Of a stretch of DNA of 64,000 nt, positions 1-11,929 are shown piece after piece. Each line of letters opens with the position of its first letter. Positions within the stretch are counted from its first letter, which is position 1. The notes under the pieces were generated by a model. The model saw nothing but the letters and a program-made list of their open reading frames with translations, was not told the DNA's origin and ran no database searches. Source of the stretch: Paraspadella gotoi (Eukaryota > Animalia > Chaetognatha). A program made the position numbers and the translations under genes. The stretch spans positions 1,526,753 to 1,590,752 of the forward strand of contig CM119270.1 in assembly GCA_051294375.1 (NCBI GenBank), given 5' to 3'.

Positions 1-652
1 TCACAATAATAACCTCTAAGAAATTCTTTTTTTTTATTTAATGACATAATGGATTAAGGATCAAACGTGACTAAAATGACATAAAATGACATAACAANNN
101 NNNNNNNNNNNNNNNNNNNNNNNNNNNNNNNNNNNNNNNNNNNNNNNNNNNNNNNNNNNNNNNNNNNNNNNNNNNNNNNNNNNNNNNNNNNNNNNNNNNN
201 NNNNNNNNNNNNNNNNNNNNNNNNNNNNNNNNNNNNNNNNNNNNNNNNNNNNNNNNNNNNNNNNNNNNNNNNNNNNNNNNNNNNNNNNNNNNNNNNNNNN
301 NNNNNNNNNNNNNNNNNNNNNNNNNNNNNNNNNNNNNNNNNNNNNNNNNNNNNNNNNNNNNNNNNNNCAGAAATTAAAGGACATTTAGCCCCTAATTGGT
401 AATTAAAATTTTTTTAAAGGCCTCGGTGTTGTTATTTACAAGAAAATTCGTCCAACCATTTTTTTTGGCGATTTTCTCCGCTAATAATTTTAAAAATGTC
501 TAAACGGGGAAAAGTTCAAGTTTTCAATCCGCTCTACCCTAATAACTAATCACCAAGAAATAAAACAAAATTTCCGAAAAACCGATTTAAAAGATAAGAA
601 TAATATTCTCAAGTGCTACAACATGCAAATGAGATTTAAGAGCATCACTCAC

Positions 653-2126
653 CCTTAACCGCCTCCAAGACTTGAGTCAGCATCCCGCTCGACGAGACCA
701 GAATGACCTTGGGTTTGCTGCGATGCTCCCATCCCTCGCCCTCGCGCGGCTGCACGCAGCGGGTGTCGACGAAACGCTGCAGGGTTTGAATCAGCGACGT
801 CGCCAACTCGGACGAAGGGACGTTGACCACTTCCACCTTTATGTTGAAGAGGGGGGGAAGGAGGGGCGGAGAAAGGGGGCAAGAAGGGGGGAGGAGAAGG
901 GGGAAGAAGTGGGGAAGGGGAGGGAAGGGGGGAAGCAGAGCGGGAAGAAAGGGAGAGGGGGGAAGAAGGAGGAGGGAGGAAGAAGAAGAAGAAGCAGAGG
1001 GGAGGAGGAAGAAGGGGAGAAGGCCGGGGGAAATGAGGGGAGGAGGTGGTTTAAGGCGTTTTGGTGGAAAAAGGTGGTTGATGATGAATAATCTCTCTCG
1101 CGATTAATTGGTTTCAGTTTTCTTCCACATCGAAATTAACAGAAGGAAAGATGACGGATAAAGAGGGATGGGTTTATAAGGGGCACGCTAAAGGTAGTTT
1201 GGGGTTGATAATAATATACGCATCTAACCAGTTTAATTTTATTAATTTTCTGTTTTCCCCCCCTGGAATCCTTTCAAACTATATAAATCCGGAGAAGATA
1301 TATAAACATAAACATACATAATTACATAATTATCCCCCGAAATTGTACCCAGATTTTATATCACTTGTCACTAGATTCACACGTCACGTGTCTCCAAACC
1401 TGCGCCTGTTGCAGATGACGCATCCCGTCGGCGAAATCTTGAGCAGACGTCGTCGTTGTCGTTCCGCGAGGATCGCCGAAAATCTTGAACTCGACTTCAG
1501 TGACCGAAGAAGAGGCGTCGGGGCTGGGGGGGAGGGGGGGAAGAGGGAGAGGAAGGGCGGGTGGAGAGGAGGGAGTGGAGAAAGAGAGAGAGGGGAAGGG
1601 AGAGAGAGAGAAGGAAGGGAGAGAGAGGGGAAAGGAGAGAAAGTGAGAGAAGGGAGAGAGAGGGGAAGGGGGAGAGAGAAAGAAGGGAGAGAGAGAAGGG
1701 AGAGAGATAGAGAGAGGGGAGGTGGGGAACAGAGAGCGCGAAAGAGAGAACGCAAAGTATAAAGGAGAGAGAGAGAAATAGACTGAAAAACTGTTTTACT
1801 AACAAAGACAGTCGTTCTTCCGATTTCCTCGACGTAAATTTCTTCCCCCTCTCACCCCATCTTCCTCCCCCCCTACAAAGCCTCCATCCTAAACCCCCCA
1901 CCCCTCTGAAGATTCTCAACACCCCACCCGGCCCCTTCCGATCCAATGCCCCACAGTGCCCCCTTTAATCTAACCCGTTAATCTGATTGGCGAATTGGCA
2001 TTTCAACCCCTGAGCGACTCTCAACACCGATTGGTCGGCTGGCGGAGCGCACGTCGCGATATCCCAAAAGATTCCGACGAAAGCGAAGGGTTTCGACTTG
2101 ACGAGCGATTCCGGGGTTGAAGACAT
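653..2126 (-). CDS. NYN (PIN-like) domain protein, MARF1/limkain-b1-like; 3 exons visible, 3' end runs into the gap or window edge
   Basis: Exons 2126-1975, 1523-1400 and 836-653 have GT/AG ends and matching phases (2, 0). They splice to MSSTPESLVKSKPFAFVGIFWDIATCAPPADQSVLRVAQGLKCQF...EVEFKIFGDP...MRHLQQAQVEVVNVPSSELATSLIQTLQRFVDT...PKVILVSSSGMLTQVLEAVK. This is collinear with the MARF1 NYN pattern as I recall it (VFWDIENC..P / EFICVCD / QVTVAHI..AADDKLRQSLRRF / VVLVSTD). Confidence 0.75.
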
Positions 2127-3124
2127 CTTCAGTGTACAGTGGAGGGAGGTGGATTTGGCGGGAAAATCGGTACAGTTAAGCATGGATGAAGACGTTAAAT
2201 TACTTTTTTAACGTGAAAATTTTAAATATTAAAATTTGATTTTTTTAGTAATTAATAAACGGTCTTACTATAAAATTTATTTGAATTTAACAAATTAAAT
2301 TATTAACGTTAAGCAAAGAAACGCATTAAAAAGAATTAAATACATTGTTTCCTGTACAGTGTAAATCCATGCCTCACTTTACCTTAAAAACTTCGGCGAC
2401 TTAGGAACACTATTTGAGATTTTAAATAATAAAAAGAGTAATATATAAATAAATAAAAAATCGCGGAATAAAATAATTTAAGCTAATTCGGCTTCCGAAA
2501 AATTTGGAAAAGGAAAAAAAAATGTGTTGTCGCCGTTGGACGAAGACGGAAGCCGTGAGAACCTGTTTTTACTGTAAAAAAAAAGAGAAGGATTACAGTA
2601 AAACCTTTAAAACAAGGAAAATGTTTAAATCAATCGATGATGACACAATTTGATTAAAATTGACAAAAATAAATTAAAAAAGTTTCAAAATAAAATCAAC
2701 AAATGATTAAACTTTCCATCAACTGTCGCGAAAATACGAAGAGACAAAGAATGAAGAGATTTAAACTTTCCTAACTGAGATTTAGTTCTTGACTCAGATA
2801 CTGACTTTCAATTGATTCGCTTCAATCCTTAAGTAAAATCCTTTAATCCTTAAGTAAAATTGTCTTTTGTTTTTTTTCTCGACTAGACTCAGCGGACTGA
2901 AGCGTCACGCGGCGGGAAAATTTCAAATTAGAATCCGACAGTTGTTTAAAATTAATTTAAGTAAAATGATATTATATTAAGTGAAAATAAATTACTAAAA
3001 ATTATAATTGTTTAAATTTTGTAGAGCTTATTTCGAAATTGGATAGTCTGCAGAGCCGCTAAAACGAGGTTAGAAAATGTGAACTCATAAATCCATTGAG
3101 CGGGTTTAATTAAACAAATTGAAG

Positions 3125-3210
<86 letters not shown>

Positions 3211-3290
3211 TCTCTTCCAGTCAAAAGGCGTAAAGACGAATCACGGGCAAGGCGGGAAAATTAATCTTGGCCCTGTGCCGCGAAAAAGAT

Positions 3291-3328
<38 letters not shown>

Positions 3329-3447
3329 GACGTTCTTAGTTAAGAAAAGGAAGAAAAAACCTGAGGGACGATAAATTAGGAAAATGAGGAACGAACGTGG
3401 AACCACAGATTGGAGAGTGGTGATTACAGACGGAGGTTATCGGGATT

Positions 3448-3704
3448 ACAGATGGGAGGAGAACAGATGGAAAAACAGATGGAAGATTTAACAATTCAGG
3501 ATTAGCGACTACAGATGAAAAATCGAGAAATAAAGTTTTAATTCAGTGAAGGGAAACTAAAACAAATAGCAATGGCAACAGATGTATATAAAAGAAAGCA
3601 GAAAGAGCAACAGATGAATGGAGGAAAAAGGCGGCAGAGGGAGAAAAAAGCAGCTGCATGTAGGGAGCCAAAAAGCGCCAAATGGAGAGGATAAGGAGCA
3701 GCTG
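3448..3704 (+). promoter_or_regulatory. Homotypic E-box cluster (6x ACAGATG, 2x CAGCTG)
   Basis: Same-orientation ACAGATG near 3448, 3463, 3475, 3511, 3578 and 3610; CAGCTG near 3651 and 3699. Lies ~1.3 kb upstream of the NYN gene start. Confidence 0.3.
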
Positions 3705-4440
3705 ATAAAAAGAGAAAAAAAAGCAGTAAAGTTAAAGAAAAAAGCAGGGGATGGAGAGAGAGAAATAGCGGCTCATTAAAAGAAAAAGGAGCAGGAGATA
3801 TCCCGGCGCGAGATAAACGATTAAGGACGAAAGACGTTTGGCGCCGAAGCAAATGACTTTTTCGCTGCAAACGAATTGAGTTTGGACACGAGAGTTAATC
3901 TGAAAATTATTTGACTTTGGTCAATTAAATTATAATTCTAGTACATAAAATTGTCAAATTTTAACTTCATTTTTTCGTTTTAAACGTTAAAAACTAACTT
4001 ATTGAGATCATATTTTATCTTTTTCACCCGAAAAAAACAAGTATTTACGAAAATGAAAAAGTTTAAAATATTTAGTAAATAGTCGACGAAAACTAAAAAT
4101 AAAGGGGAAATAAATTAGTAATTGAAGTTAAATGCATGTAAGCTTTGGGCATTTGAGTTTCAAAGTAATGCTGTACATAATTTATGGCAAAATGCTGTTA
4201 ATGCCGTGGCAAAATGCTGTTAATGCCGTGGCACTGACCCTGAAGAACCATTGTCAAGCACCCGTCGCGAACCGGCGGAATATGTCGTGCTCCGGCAGAC
4301 TCCCCAGAGAATCGAATCGTGCACCGGCATGCACCGGCAAGCTCCGATGCACCGGAATGCACGAACGGACCGGCGTATCCTTCCCTCTTTGGCTCAGAGG
4401 TCGAATTGAGGCGAAGCGACCGACAAGATGACGTCATTGG

Positions 4441-4494
<54 letters not shown>

Positions 4495-5673
4495 CTCGCA
4501 GCTCGAGTTCCTTCGTACAAGGCCTTCCCGAACTCAACTTTTTTGCACTTGAAATAATTCTTTTAACCAAAGAATTGTTACATTTTAAATTTTTTTAAAA
4601 AAAAATTAAACAATTCGAATTAATTCAAGTTAAAAATGTATTACATTTGAGTACTATTTTACTCTTAAATTTTAGAACTGTTGACGATTGAGTATTACTT
4701 TTAAAATTGCCCATCTGTAAGTCATTTGGTTTTTATTTATAGATAGTAAGATACTATATTCGGTCCACTGGTATCTCTATATTTTCAGTCGTTGGCGAGC
4801 TCGCACGTCCGGTACTTAATCCTGCTCGTACATTCGTGCCCCCTATACGTACATCACTCTTTCCGTACGTCTGTACTTTCTCGTACGAGTTAGTCGCGTG
4901 ATTTCCGTTCTCGTTTTAAAAGTGGGACGTAGAAAGGAAGAGAGAGGTGAAAAGAAGAGAAAAGAAAAGAAAAGAAAAGAAAAGAAAAGAAAAGAAAAGA
5001 AAAGAAAAGAAAAGAAAAGAAAAGAAAAGAAAAGAAAAGAAAAGAGAAAGGAAAGTAAAATTAAATTAGGAAAGAGAAAAATTAAAATAATGCAATGCAT
5101 AATACTATGTAATATAATAATAATATAATAATATAATAATAATATTATGTATACCTACCATTTCATCGATAGAGAAAAGTTTCGTATTCTGTGATTTTTA
5201 AGAAAACTGGACTGTGAGAGACAAAGAGAGTCTTGATTGAAAGCATGCATGGTTCTTTCTGAGCCTGTCCAAAGTCAGGAGGTAATAAAGCTTATTAAGT
5301 GAATGAATGAGGATTTAAAAGAAAAACAAAAGTAAACGAAAACAAAAGACACTGTTTTCTTTTAATGTGTTTCGTTTAATTCCGTCTCATCCACGTCGCC
5401 ATNNNNNNNNNNNNNNNNNNNNNNNNNNNNNNNNNNNNNNNNNNNNNNNNNNNNNNNNNNNNNNNNNNNNNNNNNNNNNNNNNNNNNNNNNNNNNNNNNN
5501 NNNNNNNNNNNNNNNNNNNNNNNNNNNNNNNNNNNNNNNNNNNNNNNNNNNNNNNNNNNNNNNNNNNNNNNNNNNNNNNNNNNNNNNNNNNNNNNNNNNN
5601 NNNNNNNNNNNNNNNNNNNNNNNNNNNNNNNNNNNNNNNNNNNNNNNNNNNNNNNNNNNNNNNNNNNNNNNNN

Positions 5674-5708
<35 letters not shown>

Positions 5709-5923
5709 TTTGCTTATTTGGTAACTCTTGTTTGATTTGTTGAAATTAAATTTACTTTCATAAAGTTTAAAGTTTACCATATTTAGTATGTCTTTCTTTT
5801 TATCATTCATTCCTTATTTCTTTTTTTATATTTTTCTCTCTTTTTTCTCTTTTCCCCCTCCCCCTCCATCACTCTCTCCCTCTCCCTCCCCCTATCTCTG
5901 TCTCCCTCTTGCTCTCTCTGTCT

Positions 5924-6030
<107 letters not shown>

Positions 6031-6072
6031 GACGCCGTGATTCTTAAGGCGAGAAGAGGCGCAGATGAGATG

Positions 6073-6100
6073 TGACGTCACTCGTGGTCACGTGACGTCA
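6073..6100. promoter_or_regulatory. Composite CRE / CLEAR-type palindromes
   Basis: TGACGTCA at 6073-6080, GTCACGTGAC at 6087-6096 and an overlapping TGACGTCA at 6093-6100. A further TGACGTCA lies at 4429-4436. Confidence 0.35.
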
Positions 6101-7239
6101 TTTCTGACTGGCAGAACGGTTATTGCACGTGAAGGAGGAGGAGGAGAAGAAGGAGGAAGAAGATGTGAAGAAGGAAAGCCTGGAGGAGGAGGAAGAGGAG
6201 GAGGAGGTGAGTTGGGATGAGAGAAAAGACTGGAAACGAGAAATATCGGAGAGAAAGTGAGGGAGAGAGAGGCAGAGAGAGAGGGAGGGAGGGAGAGAGG
6301 CAGGGGTGTGAGAGAGAGGAGGAGAGAAGATGAGGAGGTAATTGAAAGAAAGAAGGAGAGTAGAGAGGGGGGAGGGAGAGAAAGGAGAGAGAGGTGAGAG
6401 AGAGAGGGGGAGAGAGACGGCAGAAGAGAGAGAGAGGGAAAGAGTAGAGGAGGGGATGTGACGGAGCCGAAGGAGAGAGTAAGAGAGAGAAGGAGAAGAA
6501 AGAGAGTATAAAAGGGGTAAAAGAAGTAAAGAGGAGTGAAAAAGATAGTAAGAGGAAGAAAGGAAAGAGAAAAGAACCTCTTACCGGCGCGGAAGAATGG
6601 GAAAATGTAAAAAAAAGATAAAGTATTTGATTTCGAGTTTTTAAACAAATTTAACTTCTCTTAGTATTCAATATTATGTAACCAAACCATCTGTGTACAC
6701 AAATACACAGTTTTTATAGTCAATAATTTGTTTTTTATCTAAACATGGAACATTGGCAACCCCTTTCTTCTTGTCACTTCAGAGGTACACGTTTACAGCA
6801 GAGTAGTATCAGTAGTACTTTTAAACTTGACCAATCCTTTGTACGCCTATAGCTCGCTCACGCTCTATTTCTGGTCAAACAACACTAAAATCCCCTCCAA
6901 GAAATAATAAATTAACTTAGAATATATAAATAAATAAGGATAAAAGAAACATCCTATAAGCAAATAAATGAAATCTATATAAAATTGAATTAGTGAAACA
7001 ATTCATTTTTTTCCAATTTTATAACTAAGAAACTTAGAACGTTGGGCATCGAATATCTTTATTATAATTGTTGCCCATCCGTCCTCCGAGTCGTTATCAT
7101 TCATTGGTAACATATTTAATAACGAATATTTCAAATATTTATATTTATCCCCCTCACTCCGTGGGAAATCTTCAATGGAGAAATACAAGTAGTGGGGTTT
7201 ATTGAATTTTTCCTACTGCTTGATCCGTCCGAAGAGATA

Positions 7240-7277
<38 letters not shown>

Positions 7278-7609
7278 GAGAGAGCAGAGATGAGAAGAGG
7301 AGAGAGAGAGAGTAAAAGAAAGAGTAAGAAAGAAGACAGAGAGAGAGACCCGGTACTACCAGAACCATTTCCCAATTTTTTTTTTTCTTTCCTTTTTGCT
7401 ATTTGCCGATCCGCCTCGTTGGGTACATTCCGAGGTGCGACCGTAGAAAATAAAGGTTTCAAAAATGGAGGAAGAGAGGAAGAATCAGAGGAAGAGGAGG
7501 AGGAGGAGATTCTCTACCTCCTTTCCTTTTCCTCCTCCTTCCTCCTCTCTTCCTCCGGCGCAAGCAGCAAAGTCGAGGCCGCGCGCCTGGTGGTAGAATG
7601 ACGACGTGG

Positions 7610-7668
<59 letters not shown>

Positions 7669-8657
7669 CTCTCTCTCTCTCTCTCCGCTCTCTCTCTCCA
7701 TCTCTCTCTATTCATAAGCGACGCAAGAGCGTTCCTTCGTTTTTTTACTGGGAACACCTCCGCCTCCTGTCTGTCCGACGCTCGAAAGGAAACCGGAATT
7801 CCATACATAAATAAAAAAAAAGAAGAGATACAAAAGAAGAAAACAAATGACGTAATAATTATTTATATACATAATAAATAAGATCAAGCAATAATAAAAC
7901 ATTTTAACGATTGATTTTGTCGCTTTTGGTTTAATGAACAATGAATTCTTTCTACGATTTTTAATTTTCGGAATACAGTATACCGGAATAACTATTTATA
8001 TATTTCTCAATTTTCGATTTTTTTTTTTTTTAAATATTTTGCGAGATTAAAAAACTCGCTTATTACCAAGGATCACATACTCGAACCTGACCCTCGTTAA
8101 CCTTACTTTTTGCCTTTTTTCGTCACTAGTTAATTTGTCTATTCTTCAATTCGTTATTGATCGTATTAATCATTAAAAACAAACGAATCCTGAATATATA
8201 ACCTTAACACAGTTTTTCAAACTCCGAAAATCTTTCACTTTAGTCGTACGTAACGTTCCGGAAAACAGAGATTACGACAGCATTCGTTCGTAACAAATGC
8301 GGACGCCTACGTATATTTGTCGTGTTTTTTTTTTTGTTTGTCGTTGTTCTCGAACGTTCGTCCTTCGTTCGACTCATTGTGCCAGGATACGAATCGGTGG
8401 GAAAATTATCAAAAGTGGATTCATGATAAAATGGGCTAATCGACGAACATCGACGATGGTCGACGACAACAACAACAACAACAACAACAAAACACAACAA
8501 CAAACAACGACCATCCGCCTCTTTCAAAACGCCTTTCTAATACTGAATACTTGATCTTACCGACACCCACCATCCCTCTCTCCTTCTTCCTCCTCTTCTC
8601 TCTTCTCTCTCTCTCTCCATCTCTCCTCTTCNNNNNNNNNNNNNNNNNNNNNNNNNC

Positions 8658-11242
8658 CTAGGAGAGAGTATCGTCGGCGGCATATAGTGTCGTGGGCATG
8701 CGGCAGACTCCTCTCCAGAGAATCGAATCGTGCACAGACGGGCTATCGCATCGCGGGCAAGGACACCGATGGCATCCGTGAATGCAGCGAATCGTTGACC
8801 TGGCGGTATCCTTCCCTCTTTGGCTCAGCGGTCGAATTCGAGGCGACGCGATCCGACGAGATGAGCGTCAGTTTGGATTGCTCGTCGGTCATCTCTCTTT
8901 CGTCTGTCTCTCTCTTCTCTCTGTTGCTCATCGGTTCTTCGTGTCTCTCGGTCGTGCTTCTCTGCTCGTTCAGATCTCTCTTTCCTCTTATATCTCTTTC
9001 TTGGGCGGATCATTGACTGGCATGCTTCGAGTGTCCTGCGTACATATTGGCCTTCCAGTGTAACTCAAACTTTTTGTGCGAGTCATTTGAATAGATATAT
9101 TATTGTTTTGGTGAACGCATAAGAATTGTTACTATTATTAAAAAAAAATGTTTTTTATAAATTAAAACAATTTGGATTAACTAAATGTGGTATTACATTA
9201 ATGGAGTTTACGTATTTTGTTAACTTCATATTGGAACTATTTATAAAAATTTGGCCCATTCTGTAAGTCATGTTGTGTTGTTTTTTAATTTGATCCTGGA
9301 TACTGATATTTCGTTCTTCACATGGTAATTACTATATTATTTTTCAGTCGGTTGGTCTGTAGCTCGTAATTTGGTGTTGCAGCGTTCCGTATGCTTTTGA
9401 ATTGCCTATTGCTTCTAGTACATTTTCGTTGGCCCCCTATATACGTATGCAGTTCACTTCTTCGTAACGTCTGTACTGTTCTCGTGCACGAGAATTAGTC
9501 GCGTGGATTTCGGCGTTCTTCTGTGTTTTAAAATTAGTGGGAAGCGTAGAAAGGAAAGTTATTGAGAGGTGAAGAGAGTAGAGAAGAAAAGAAATAGTAA
9601 AAGTAAAGAAAAGAATATAGAAAAGAATAATGAAAAAGTAAAGAATAGAGAGAAAGAAAAGAAAAGAAGAAGAAATAGAATAAGATAAAGAAAAGAAAGA
9701 AAAGAAAAGAATAAGAAAAAGAAAAAGAAAGAATAAGAGAAGTAAAGATTAAAATATGTAAATAATTAAAAATAGGTAAAGAGAAAAAATTAAATACATG
9801 CAATGCATAATAGATACTATGTAAATAAGTAATATTATATTAATAATAATAAATATATATTTATGTAATTACTACCATTTCTGATCGATAGCAGAAAAGT
9901 TCGCTCGATATTCTGGTTATTTATTAGAAAACCTTGGACTGGTGAAGACATAGAGAAGTGTTTTGATTGAGATAGCATTGCATGTTCTTTCTGAGCCTTG
10001 TTCCAAGTCAGGTTAAAGCTTATAGTGAATGATGAGGATTAAAAAACAATGAACAAAAGCCCCTTTCTTTAAGTGTTCATTAGTTCCGTCTGCATGCCAC
10101 GTGTCGCCATAGTACATACTGGTTAAATTGTGACGGGCAGACGAGAGTAGAAGATAGAGAGAGAGGGAGAGAGAGAGAAGGTGAGAGATGAGAGAGAGAG
10201 AGGAGGAGCATTATGTGGCATCGATGGCTAGGAGAGAGAAGCCGCCAGTGAAAAATATATTGATTTCTCGGCGATAGTGTAATAAATAGTATAGACGATT
10301 TATGGCTTTGACGCCGAGCTTAGATTTAAGACCGGCTTCGCTTTGCTTTAAAAACAGTGCAGAAGAGAGAGAAGAATGGAGAGAGGAGAGATGGAGAAGA
10401 GAGAAGAGCATGAGAGAGGATGAGCTTTGCTGTTTTGGTTACTGCTTGTTTTGATGTTGATGAATTAAATTTAGCTTCCATAAAGTTTATAAGTTTAGCC
10501 ATGATTTACTATGTCTTTCTTTTTTATCATTCAATTCTTTTTTCTTTTTTATATGTTTTTCTCTGACTGTGCTATTTTGTTCTCGTTTTCCCCTGCGCGC
10601 CCTCCATCATCTTCTGTCCGCTCTCACTTGCGCCGTCTCGCCCTATGCTCTGTCTGCTTGCTCTCTGTGCTCTTGCGCTCGTCTTCCTCGTCTCCGTGCT
10701 GCTGTCTATCTCTCTAGCTCTTCATGCTTGCTCGTCTCGTCGCTCGATCTTCGATCGTCTCTCGTCGTCTTGCTCATGGCGTGCCTTGTCTCGGTGCTCT
10801 CTGCTCATCTTTGTTTCTCTCCTGCACTCTCTCTGTCTGCGTCGGTCATCTTTACGTCTCTCTCATACTTCGCTTCTCTACATCTCTGCTGTCTTCTCTC
10901 ATCTCTCTTCTCTCAGTCTCTGCGGATGTCTCTCAGTGTCGAGTCATCTGCATCTAATCATGCTCTCTGCTCCTTACTAGGACGCCAGTGATTTGCTTAG
11001 AGGACGGATGAAGAGGCGGCTAGATGAGATGGACGTCACTCGTGGTCACGTGGAGCGTCAGGTTCTGACCTGGTCGAACGGTGTTATTGCATCGTGAAGG
11101 GTAGAGGAGGAGGAGAAGTGGAGGAAGGAAGATTGAAGGGAGGAAAGCCTGGAGAGGAGGAAGAGGAGGAGGAGGTGAGTTTGGGGAATGAGAAGAAAAG
11201 ACTGGAAACGAGAAATATCGGAGAGAAAGTGAGGGAGAGAAG

Positions 11243-11273
<31 letters not shown>

Positions 11274-11928
11274 GGAAAGAGAGAGGGAGGGGATGTGACG
11301 GAGCGAAGGAGAGAGTAAGAGAGAGAGGAGGAAAGAAAGAGAGGTATAAAAGGGGTAAAAGAAGTAAAGAGGAGTGAAAAAGATAGGTAAAGAGGAAGAA
11401 AGGAAAGAGAAGAAGAACCTTACCGGGAAAGAATGGGAAAATGTAAAAAAGAAATAAAGTATTTGATTTCGAGTTTTTAAACAAATTTAACTTCTCTAGT
11501 TATTCAATATTTATTAACCAAACCATTGTGTACACAAATACACAGTTTTATGGTCAATAATTTTTTTTATTATCTAAACATGGAACATGGCAAACCCCTT
11601 TCTTCTTGGTCACTTCAGAGGTACACGTTGTACGCAGAGTAGTATAGTAGTATTTTAAACCTGTGTTGTACGTATAGCTGCTCCCTCTATTTCTGGAAGA
11701 CAACACTAACATCCCCCTCCAAGAAATAAATAAATAATAGAATAATAAATAAATAGATAAAAGAAACATATAAGCAAATAAATAAATCTATATAAAGATT
11801 GAATAGTGAAACAATTCATTTTTCAATTTTTATAACTAAGAAACTTAGAAAGTGGGCATCGAATATCTTTATTATAATTGTTGCCATCGTCCTCGAGGTC
11901 GTTATCATCATTGTAATATTAATAACGA
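8658..11928 (+). repeat. Copy B: very noisy duplicate of ~4280-7128, likely raw long-read gap fill
   Basis: Starts after an N gap and is collinear with copy A, with dense single-base insertions and garbled microsatellites. Confidence 0.85.
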
Positions 11929-11929
11929 A

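Noticed and set aside
672-1946. Long Arg/Glu/Gly and Leu/Ser/Pro ORFs here and throughout the window
   Set aside because: They are translations of GA/CT-rich introns and microsatellites, which lack stop codons.
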